The notes under the pieces are model-generated. The model did not search any database, had not been told where the DNA came from, and saw only the letters and a list, made by a program, of their open reading frames with translations. Positions 1-6,802 of a stretch of 11,354 nucleotides of DNA are shown here, in pieces (the stretch's first letter is position 1; the number at the start of each line of letters is the position of its first letter). The DNA comes from Thermoproteota archaeon (GTDB taxonomy: Archaea > Korarchaeota > Korarchaeia > Korarchaeales > Korarchaeaceae), in contig WALU01000012.1 in assembly GCA_015522685.1 (NCBI GenBank), positions 1-11,354 of the forward strand, given 5' to 3'. The translations under genes were made by a program, and so were the position numbers.

Positions 1-236
1 AGATAACTAACTGTGATTTCATATATACTAATCATCATGAGGAGATGGTAAAGAGATCGACTCTATTAATCTCTAGGCTAAAGGCCCAGAAAACTGTGAA
101 TCTTGTTATAAGAATGCATCAGGTCTTAGATAGCTTTAAATCCTCTTATCGAAGTTCTGATACTTTCTTGATCAGCGTTATAGTCGAATCCTTGAGGCTA
201 TCTAGCCGGAAAATATGTTTATTTTTCCCTCACTGC

Positions 237-254
237 TGCAGTATCGATGCTGCA
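237..254. promoter_or_regulatory. Near-perfect 18-bp palindrome ending on the probable start codon of the glycosylase gene; candidate operator
   Basis: TGCAGTATCGATGCTGCA has one mismatched pair and ends at the A of ATG 254. An AT-rich TATA-like tract (TTTATTTTT, about 218-226) lies about 30 bp upstream. Confidence 0.4.
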
Positions 255-1057
255 TGCCTGAGAGAAAGGCCTTAACTGTGGAAAGAGTCTTGGAGAATGG
301 AGAGAAGTTCAAAGAAACTTACATTTACATCCCTAGAGAAATTTCCCTGTTCCAGAAGGCTAGAGATGAGAATGATTGGTTGAGCGCTCTCAGATTCTTC
401 TTCAACAGAGTTCTCTTTCAAGGGAGGGCTGATACAATATCCAGCAAGGTGTTTAGAAGGGTCACGGAATCTATCGAAGAGGCTATAAGAGAGACAGGGG
501 AAAACGTCTCCTTAGGGGATCTAAAAGAGGTTCTAAGGCCGAAATTAGAGAGGCGAATAGGAAGAGGGAAGGTAGGAAAGGGAGGGGATATAGAGCTGGT
601 CATGAGCACCTTGAACTTCTTAGAGGAGGAAGTCGAGGACAGGAATATAATCAACTATTCGATTCGCTTGATAAAATTCGGACAGATCGACTGCCTCTAC
701 TATCGCTTATGTGAGGAGATAAAGGGTGTAGGCCCTAAAACTGCATCCCTGTTCCTACGCGACCTCTACTTCATCGCTGAAGAGGAGATCGGGGATTCAT
801 TCCGGAGGTCGAAGGACTTTCTGTTTCTCCTCCCTGTGGATGTCTGGGTCAGGAGGGTCGTGAGCTGCTTAGGCCTGTTTGATTATCCACCTAGCAAGTG
901 GAGCGGTGGGAGTTCTGAGCTGGATAGAGAACTCAGAAAGGTCATGGTGGAAAAATTCATGGAAAAAGCACCTTTGTTTGATGCTGGAGCATGGTACACA
1001 GGATTTCACGAGATGAAGAGAGGATTCTATCCGGAGTGTATTCCCAAGAAGAGCTAA
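254..1057 (+). CDS. HhH-GPD superfamily DNA glycosylase/AP lyase-like protein (endonuclease III/Ogg-like fold, no Fe-S motif), about 267 aa
   Basis: The HhH motif IKGVGPKTASLFL includes the Lys of bifunctional lyases, and the catalytic-Asp motif LPVDVWVRRV is present. There is no C-terminal CX6CX2CX5C. ATG 254 (MPERK) is preferred over ATG 215 because the extra N-terminus overlaps the TATA-like tract and palindrome. Confidence 0.8.
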   Translation: MPERKALTVERVLENGEKFKETYIYIPREISLFQKARDENDWLSALRFFFNRVLFQGRADTISSKVFRRVTESIEEAIRETGENVSLGDLKEVLRPKLERRIGRGKVGKGGDIELVMSTLNFLEEEVEDRNIINYSIRLIKFGQIDCLYYRLCEEIKGVGPKTASLFLRDLYFIAEEEIGDSFRRSKDFLFLLPVDVWVRRVVSCLGLFDYPPSKWSGGSSELDRELRKVMVEKFMEKAPLFDAGAWYTGFHEMKRGFYPECIPKKS

Positions 1058-1102
1058 GTTGCGATTTCTTCTGGCGATAGAATGCTGATGGGAGCTATCT
1101 TT

Positions 1103-1133
1103 TTTATATCTAAGTATACCCACTCGGGTATAC
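1103..1133 (+). promoter_or_regulatory. TATA box plus perfect 8-4-8 inverted-repeat operator of the wHTH gene
   Basis: TTTATATC (1103-1110) is followed by GTATACCC-ACTC-GGGTATAC (1114-1133), which ends just before ATG 1135. Confidence 0.75.
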
Positions 1134-1134
1134 G

Positions 1135-1488
1135 ATGAACCTGTCTACAGAACTTCTCATCCCCTTGATTAAGAGACCTGTTTACCTGAGGACCCTCAGG
1201 CTCCTATCCAAGAGGGAAATGTATGCAAGGGAACTTAAGTCCTTGCTGCCTAATTGGGGTAGAATATCCCGTAGACTAGCTGAGTTGGAAGAGATGGGCT
1301 TTATCGCTAGGGAGAGGCGTGACAGGAGGATATACAGTAAATTGACAGATAAGGGCAGAGAGTTCGTCAAGTTACTAGATTCCATGGATCCAAAGGTTGC
1401 TGAGAGTTTGGGAATTAAGATAAAAGCACCTGAGAATCTCAAGGAATCCGTGCTAGATGTAGCTTTAGGAAGGCTAGAGGAACTTTAA
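1135..1488 (+). CDS. Winged helix-turn-helix transcriptional regulator (ArsR/MarR-like), 117 aa
   Basis: The pattern LRTLRLLSKREMYARELKSLL..ISRRLAELEEMGFIARER..RRIYSKLTDKG shows the recognition helix, wing and YxLTxKG-like motif. Confidence 0.85.
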   Translation: MNLSTELLIPLIKRPVYLRTLRLLSKREMYARELKSLLPNWGRISRRLAELEEMGFIARERRDRRIYSKLTDKGREFVKLLDSMDPKVAESLGIKIKAPENLKESVLDVALGRLEEL

Positions 1489-1499
1489 TCTCTCCAAGC

Positions 1500-1505
1500 T
1501 TTTTT
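1500..1505 (+). terminator. Possible archaeal oligo-T terminator
   Basis: A T6 run starts 12 nt after the wHTH stop codon, between convergent genes. Confidence 0.3.
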
Positions 1506-1636
1506 CTAGTATTATGTATAGAAGATGCTATCCCTCCTCTCTGGCTGAATATATGGAAGATCTTGAGCCTCTTGAACTCCACTTTTCCTTTCCTTAACCT
1601 TAACTCTTTGTACTGCCCTAATTGAGCATTAGTGAA

Positions 1637-2543
1637 CTAGAGTTCTATAGCTAGCATCTCTATCTCCCTTTTTATCTCTTTTAGAAAGCTCTCAAACTCT
1701 AACGGAGGTTTGATTATGAAGAGACTCCTCTCGAAGGGATCCCCTAAGATTTGGCGAGATATACTGAGTTCTCTTTTATTCTTTTCCAGCGCGTCTCTAT
1801 ACTTCTTGTAGTATAGGGAAAATCTAATCTTATCGATAATGCTGTCCTTATAGTCCGCTACTCTGAAGCCATGCTTATATAGCATAAATAGATCGTAAAA
1901 ATCTCTTAGCTTCTGAGCCCTTCTCGTTAGAATGGCCCTGATTTTCTCACACAGTATTTCTCTCTCATCGTAAGCTTGAACCTCAAATTCTCTGTAGTAT
2001 TTCAGGAACTCGTCAAAATATACCCAATCCTCCTTACTTAACTTTACATTGCTTAGGAGGGTTTTAACCTTAGCTTCCTTTACTCCAAACAATATTTTCT
2101 CAATGAAGTTCACTTGAATCTTCACTAACTCCGTCTTTTTCCAAAGCTTAAAGGTGACCATTCTTCCACCGCTACCATACTCAATAAATCTCTTATTTCT
2201 TAGATCAGCTTCGAATTCCAAGTTCAATTCCTTACCGGTCCTATCTAAAACTCTTCCAAACTTTTTCGATTTCACTGAGTAGGCTTCTCCTTAACTCCTT
2301 CTTTCCCTTTCCCTGCCATACAGTCTGATCTTTCCATGTGAAATCTAAGTCTACGCTGAACCTATAATATCCAAAATAGCATTTTATTAGGCAACTTCCT
2401 CCCTTGAATAGGTATTTCTCTCCTAGTTCGGAATTTATTCCCCGAAGAATTCGATGTAAAAGTACATCCTTCTCTACTAGGCTAGCATTCTCAACTCCAG
2501 ATTTCTCAGAGATGAAGGAAATGAACTCAGATAATTCCGGCAT
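1637..2543 (-). pseudogene. abiEii: AbiEii-family nucleotidyltransferase toxin (type IV TA), split by a +1 frameshift; about 301 aa if repaired
   Basis: The N-terminal half (2241-2543) has FKGGSCLIKCYFGYYRFSVDLDF, the GG..R.S.DLDF motif. The C-terminal half (1637-2275) has EILCEKIRAILTRR..KLRDFYDL. Removing one A from the A5 run (T5 at 2262-2266) gives a continuous ...SEIEKFGRVLDR... Confidence 0.88.
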
Positions 2544-3162
2544 GTTCTAGCACCTTCTCAACGCTCTTCGGATATGCTTCTACATATCTTAGCACCTTGG
2601 CGCGTTCAAGCTTTTCAGCATACTCCTGGATGAACGAGATTATCCTCTCTTCCGGAACGCTCCTGTATCTGAAGATGTATATGAAGTCTAGAATGGTTTT
2701 CTCAGGATCAGAGAAGACAATCTCATCCTTCTTTATTGTTCCGAATAGCAGCTCCCTTTTCAGTTTCATGAACTTCACTGGTTCCCCGTTTATCTTTATC
2801 TCCTTCGCCCTGAATATCCTGTCGTTCAGTACGAATATCGTTGGATGGAATTCGTGAGTCAAGCCGTTTAGTCTTAATGCGGTATACAGTCCGAAGTACC
2901 AGCTGAGCTTGAGCTTGTTCATCCCCAAGGCTATAAGCTTCAAGGTATCCACGGACCTTCTGAATTCAAATTCTTCAACTGTCTTGACGTAGTAGAGCCC
3001 ACGGAGTATCCTTATGAGGTATCCATAATGGATTAGAAAGTTAATAGTATTGGTGGGATCTGATTTGAACTTCCTGATGATGTCCTTCAGGGAATCCCTG
3101 TCTATTACCCGCCCGCCATAGCTGGATAACACGTACCTGCTTAACCTTCTCACGATAGTCAT
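2527..3162 (-). CDS. abiEi: AbiEi-family antitoxin / transcriptional regulator (type IV TA), 211 aa
   Basis: It has an N-terminal wHTH with GYLIRILRGLYYV, followed by YFGLYTALRLNGLT and SDPEKTILDF motifs. It overlaps the abiEii start by 17 bp. Confidence 0.88.
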   Translation of the reverse strand: MTIVRRLSRYVLSSYGGRVIDRDSLKDIIRKFKSDPTNTINFLIHYGYLIRILRGLYYVKTVEEFEFRRSVDTLKLIALGMNKLKLSWYFGLYTALRLNGLTHEFHPTIFVLNDRIFRAKEIKINGEPVKFMKLKRELLFGTIKKDEIVFSDPEKTILDFIYIFRYRSVPEERIISFIQEYAEKLERAKVLRYVEAYPKSVEKVLEHAGII

Positions 3163-3205
3163 TTATATAACAATATTTAATAAAGTTTATTATAGTGATA
3201 TAAAT
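3161..3205 (-). promoter_or_regulatory. abiE promoter with inverted repeats; candidate AbiEi autorepression site
   Basis: Arms ATTTATATAACAATA (3161-3175) and TATAGTGATATAAAT (3191-3205) are 13/15 complementary. An inner perfect palindrome TAATAAA-G-TTTATTA lies at 3178-3192. The element abuts the start codon. Confidence 0.55.
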
Positions 3206-3487
3206 AACGTCCTATAATGTGAGATGCTATTTACCTTGATTTCAGAGTACATAGGAAGCCGCTTAGGAAGGTAAAGCTCAGACATCCCCTCGTTCTTCAG
3301 CTCGTGAGCTAGCTCAACGTTAGATTGTTTGCATAGGCTAGATAAAATGGTATTGGAGCAACATATTCAGGAAACATGAAGATCCATGAACCAATGAGAT
3401 ATTGGGCTCAAGCGAAGGGTTACAACATCTGAGACTCGAGGTTAGAGGAGTCTACTTTCTTACATGGAGACTTATATATTTTATTGG

Positions 3488-3509
3488 GTCTACAATATTG
3501 GTTGTAGAC
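3488..3509. repeat. Perfect 8-6-8 inverted repeat downstream of a TATA-like tract; orphan operator-like site
   Basis: The repeat is GTCTACAA-TATTGG-TTGTAGAC. An extra GAGTCTAC half-site lies at 3448-3455 and TTATATAT at about 3471-3478. Confidence 0.5.
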
Positions 3510-3784
3510 TCATATGGGATGGAGTTCAAAGGATTTTGGATAATGTGAGACTTACAAGACCATTTACAGGGTTCCTGTGTAGTTTCGCGGAGAGAATGTG
3601 CTCCATCACCTTTTGTTTGCATCTCGTAGCCCTGGCGCCGAAAAATGGCTTGGAAGCTATTACGATTACATTAGTAAGCAACTACCTAAGAGTTACGAGG
3701 AAATTAAGGGAATATGGTTTAAGGTTTCAGGTAAAGGCATTTTTAGATATCTTTATTATACTACTAAAATTGCATAGTTACTCG

Positions 3785-4036
3785 ATGAGCGAGAGGGTGA
3801 GGGTTACCAGGAACTATCAGGTGACCATACCAGCTTCAATAAGGAGGAAAGCGGGCATCAAGGAAGGTGATTACTTGGTGGTCTACTTGAGCGAAGAGGG
3901 TCACATTGTGATGGAGAAGGTGAGAAGGAAAAGGAAGACGCTCAGATCGGGGAGGAAGCTCACCATGGATGAGATAGATGAACTCATTGAGAAGGGTATG
4001 AAGGAGTCTTTTCGACCTGGGGAAGAGGATTCCTAG
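3785..4036 (+). CDS. vapB: AbrB/MazE/SpoVT-family DNA-binding antitoxin (VapB-type), 83 aa
   Basis: MSERVRVTRNYQVTIPASIRRKAGIKEGDYLVV is the AbrB swapped-hairpin signature. A TATA-like TTTATTATA at 3752-3760 lies about 25-33 bp upstream, and a PIN-domain remnant follows. Confidence 0.88.
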   Translation: MSERVRVTRNYQVTIPASIRRKAGIKEGDYLVVYLSEEGHIVMEKVRRKRKTLRSGRKLTMDEIDELIEKGMKESFRPGEEDS

Positions 4037-4043
4037 GGAAAGG

Positions 4044-4236
4044 ATGGCAGTACGGAATTTAGAGACTGTTGGTGATGAGGAGGCCCTCTTAGATACAAAC
4101 ATCCTCATTTAATTTACGATACATATGAGGATTCCCTGTACCACATCGATGCATCGCAGCTTCTAGACGGGCTGAGGGTCTGGGTAATTCCCTTAATAGT
4201 ATTTTACGATTATACATGATTCCTAAAGGGAATGGT
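4044..4236 (+). pseudogene. vapC: VapC (PIN domain) toxin remnant with a 5-bp duplication frameshift, a nonsense codon and 3' truncation
   Basis: ATG 4044 gives MAVRNLETVGDEEALLDTNILI*. Removing one copy of ATTTA (4107-4111/4112-4116) gives LLDTNILIYDTYEDSLYHIDASQLLDGLRVWVIPLIVFYDYT*FLKGM, a typical archaeal PIN N-terminus. TGA 4217-4219 sits where Trp is expected. Confidence 0.82.
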
Positions 4237-4319
4237 GCTGATGCTGTAGTGTACCAGCATTTCGGCCAGCTTTTTCCTCGCCGATAATGCTTGAAATATT
4301 CCTCCACTAGGACATTCAC
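4237..4319 (-). pseudogene. N-terminal remnant of a probable COG2150-like regulator of amino acid metabolism (ACT-domain family)
   Basis: GTG 4319 overlaps the ATPase stop (GTGA). With one base restored near 4282-4283 it reads MNVLVEEYFKHY(P)ARKKLAEMLVHYSIS, resembling the YFxxYPARxKVAxxLxxxGLS N-terminus recalled for this archaeal family. Only about 28 codons remain. Confidence 0.5.
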
Positions 4320-5017
4320 ATTTCCTTCTTTTCCCTTATTATCCTCACCGTCCTTTCAGCGACCTCCTTTTTCGTCCTCTGGAACATCTCACGCGAGAAT
4401 TCGAAGGGGACTTCTCCATTGGGAGCGATTCCCCTAAACTTCTTAGCCTGGATGTAGACATTATCGCTTCTCTTGGAGAACTCTAGAACGTTGTCGGCAT
4501 TCTTCTCTAGCATCGCGTTTACCTCCCCAAACATCTTGGAGTTGACCGCAATGAAGGAGGTCACTCCTTTCGCCTTTAGCTTGGAGATCACTTCTATCAG
4601 GGTCTTTCCAAGCTTCTCCTTGTCATCCGCCTTCACTAGGAGCAGGGTAAAGGACGGTATCACAACTATGGTCTTTTCACCAGCCATTCTCAGGCCCTTC
4701 TCAAGCTGCTCCACCTTTGAGAAGTTGCCGATGCAGTAGTTGCTCTCGATCCGTTTAAGCTCCTCGCAGGACGGTTGGTAATCTAAGAAGGTTATCCTCC
4801 CTTCATCCTCTTCCCGGAGGCCGAAGATGTGCATGTTCCTCAGGATGCCCTGGATGGGGGAGCTGGTCGCGAAGTAAAGAACCTTCCAATCTGAGTGATC
4901 CCTCAGGAACTCAACCACGAACTTTTGGGCGAAGAGGGGCTTTGCTGCCGCCATCGGCCCGGAAAGAGTGGTAAAAGCAGGAAGCTCAAACTCAAAGGCA
5001 TTGAAGCGAAAGCGCAT
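4316..5017 (-). CDS. KaiC/GvpD/RAD55-like RecA-superfamily ATPase with degenerate Walker motifs (subunit B), about 233 aa
   Basis: The P-loop region is LSGPMAAAKPL, the Walker B region IVVIPSFT and the C-terminal region ADNVLEF..IQAKKFRG. It is paralogous to the upstream gene. ATG 5017 follows a GAGGTGG SD; GTG 5026 is the alternative start. Confidence 0.8.
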   Translation of the reverse strand: MRFRFNAFEFELPAFTTLSGPMAAAKPLFAQKFVVEFLRDHSDWKVLYFATSSPIQGILRNMHIFGLREEDEGRITFLDYQPSCEELKRIESNYCIGNFSKVEQLEKGLRMAGEKTIVVIPSFTLLLVKADDKEKLGKTLIEVISKLKAKGVTSFIAVNSKMFGEVNAMLEKNADNVLEFSKRSDNVYIQAKKFRGIAPNGEVPFEFSREMFQRTKKEVAERTVRIIREKKEM

Positions 5018-5027
5018 TGCCACCACC

Positions 5028-5777
5028 TCACAGTCTCTTTATCGCAGGGATAAGGTTTTTCTTGCCCCTTTCTGCCTCTTTCCTTATCTCCTCTAGGAGT
5101 TCCTTTGAAAGGGGAACCTCAACCTCGGTCTTGTTGAAGAGGGCTCCTTTAACACGCTCGATCCTTAGGAACAGCTTCATCGGTTTCTCCATCCTGCTGA
5201 ACATTAGGTTATCACTGGCCCTCTCGAGCTCCTCGATCATGTCCCTGAAGACATCTGTGTTAACCGTGAAAAAGTATGTCCTCGTCTTATCCGCCCTGAG
5301 AAGCCCTTTGATTTTCTCATGGATTGCTTTCCTGTAGGTCGGTGAGAAGAAGAGCAGGTTCAGGGCCGCACCGACGATCATCGTCCCGAACTCGCTTGGG
5401 GTATTGCTGAGGTATATGTTTGCCAGTGAAAGCGCCTTGTCCCACACATCAGGTTTTACTAAATTTGCCTTTACGTGATCATCTTCGACTATCTCAATAT
5501 CCTCTATCGTCGGGTCAAGCTCTATGAAGAATACCCTGCTGTAGTATTCTTTAAGGTCTGTTCCAAGGAGCCTCATGGTGTCCTTGAGGTATTCAAGTGT
5601 CGTACTCGTGAGGACGGAGGTGACTCTGCCACCCTTCCTGAGCCACTCTGAAGTGAATATATAACCTATTAGAGGTTTTCCCGAACCGCCTGGCCCGCTC
5701 ACTAGCGTTGAGGTGTTTGCGGGGAACCCCTCCGGGAGTACCTCTCTAAGCCATTCTGCCTCGAGCCTCATTATCAT
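5028..5777 (-). CDS. KaiC/GvpD/RAD55-like RecA-superfamily ATPase (subunit A), 249 aa
   Basis: LREVLPEGFPANTSTLVSGPGGSGKPL is a KaiC-type N-terminus and P-loop, and SDNLMFSR..FLRIERVKG is a KaiC-type C-terminus. A GAGGTGA SD lies upstream. Confidence 0.85.
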   Translation of the reverse strand: MIMRLEAEWLREVLPEGFPANTSTLVSGPGGSGKPLIGYIFTSEWLRKGGRVTSVLTSTTLEYLKDTMRLLGTDLKEYYSRVFFIELDPTIEDIEIVEDDHVKANLVKPDVWDKALSLANIYLSNTPSEFGTMIVGAALNLLFFSPTYRKAIHEKIKGLLRADKTRTYFFTVNTDVFRDMIEELERASDNLMFSRMEKPMKLFLRIERVKGALFNKTEVEVPLSKELLEEIRKEAERGKKNLIPAIKRL

Positions 5778-5944
5778 AATCTCACCTCATTAAGTTAGTA
5801 TAATCTAATTACATTCGTGAGTTGTTTTATCAACTTAAACTTTACGGATCGATCTCAGATAAAAAATCGAGAAATGAGTAGAGATTATTAAGAGAAAACT
5901 AGGATAACCTAACTCTATACTAGGGTAAGAGGAGCTTCTCATCG

Positions 5945-6156
5945 AGGGCATCTGCACGCTTCCTACTGCACGCGATATTACTCATTCTCAGAGAACTTTT
6001 AAGGCCTGATGTATTGCTGTGGGACGACTTAGGATTCTGATGCTCAGGCTCAGTGAGGGTAAACTGATCTCCAAGCCCCTGAGTGGTGACGAAGCAGCAA
6101 GTCTCATTGAGAGCGGGCTCGATATAAGATTGGCGGGGGCCCTTATAGCGAGCTAA
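5945..6156 (+). pseudogene. Fragment of an ABC/AAA (AAA_15/AAA_21-like) ATPase with an internal deletion
   Basis: RELLRPDVLLWDD (Walker B-like, ending at 6028) is joined out of frame at about 6030/6031 to RILMLRLSEGKLISKPLSGDEAASLIESGLDIRLAGALIAS*, which resembles the GxDxR C-terminus of archaeal ATPases. No start codon or Walker A motif is present. Confidence 0.5.
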
Positions 6157-6552
6157 GACATTAAGCAACTGGATCCTCAAATGCAGAAATCTAGCAGTCA
6201 TATCACGCGCGGTTAAGGGAATCACTATCCAAGATAGAAGGCAGGAGAGGTCAGCGCTCAAGATGGTTATAAGAGTTGAATATTCATTAAAAGAAGAGCT
6301 TTTGGCTCCTCGTTAGTGAGAATAATGAATGCATCCCACACTCATATCAGGCTCCAGATGCCTGCTGAGATACGATAATTCACCTCACCACTCTATATAC
6401 ACACTCATCCTCATCATAAGCATCTAGGTGATCGAGTGATGCCTTTAGATAATCCTTCCATAGAATCATTCCTCAGGGAAGCCTCAAAGATTATTTCCAA
6501 GGATTAAGGGTTCGTTCTTGTGCATTAGAATGGCATTTTCATGAATTTAAGT

Positions 6553-6797
6553 TCACCGCGTTGGCAAATACTTCTCCTTCCTTGAAGACTTGAACGCCGT
6601 TATCACGAGGGCGTAGTTACGTTCTAATCTGTAAACAACCACAAGAACCTTATCTCCTATATCCCTAACAGATTTAATTACTTCTCCTCTGATCGAGTTA
6701 TCAGGAGATTTTATACAAGCCTCTACTTCCTCCTTTCCTTGCTTATTCCCCTTTGAAACATTCTCTCCAGAGCGTGAAGTGTGTACTTTACCTTCAT
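6553..6797 (-). pseudogene. DUF4258-family (RelE/BrnT-like) putative toxin, frameshifted by a 5-bp duplication; 79 aa if repaired
   Basis: ATG 6797 gives MKVKYTLHALERMFQRGISKERRK*. Removing one AAGGA copy (TCCTT x2 at 6731-6740) gives ...HALERMFQRGISKEEVEACIKSPD...VLVVVYRLERNYALVITAF, the DUF4258 pattern, in a 240-nt frame. Confidence 0.85.
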
Positions 6798-6802
6798 ACT
6801 CT

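Noticed and set aside
45-275. 76-aa plus-strand ORF
   Set aside because: It has no recognisable motif and overlaps the promoter and start of the glycosylase gene.
1439-1639. Open frame continuing past the abiEii TAG (possible amber readthrough)
   Set aside because: AbiEii is already full length at the TAG, the extension has no motif and runs antisense into the wHTH gene, and nothing indicates pyrrolysine use.
2258-2270. Programmed -1 ribosomal frameshift at G AAA AAG in abiEii
   Set aside because: The gene has one extra base and needs a +1 (or -2) shift, so a -1 event would not join the halves.
3464-3784. N-terminal extension of the 190-aa ORF 3464-4036
   Set aside because: The AbrB domain starts at ATG 3785 with its own TATA-like box. 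The extension is non-protein-like and crosses promoter elements.
4089-4319. 76-aa minus-strand ORF as an intact gene
   Set aside because: Only the first 12 or so codons appear genuine. The rest is out of frame or antisense to the vapC remnant.
4316-5777. Circadian clock KaiC or RadA/RadB recombinase
   Set aside because: These are single-domain proteins with degenerate catalytic motifs, with no kaiA or kaiB in the window and no RadA N-terminal domain.
5920-6261. 113-aa minus-strand ORF
   Set aside because: It has no motif and lies antisense to the ATPase relic.
6439-6507. Short SD-led ORF MPLDNPSIESFLREASKIISKD
   Set aside because: At 22 aa it is too short to assign, although it may be the 5' stub of a deleted gene.
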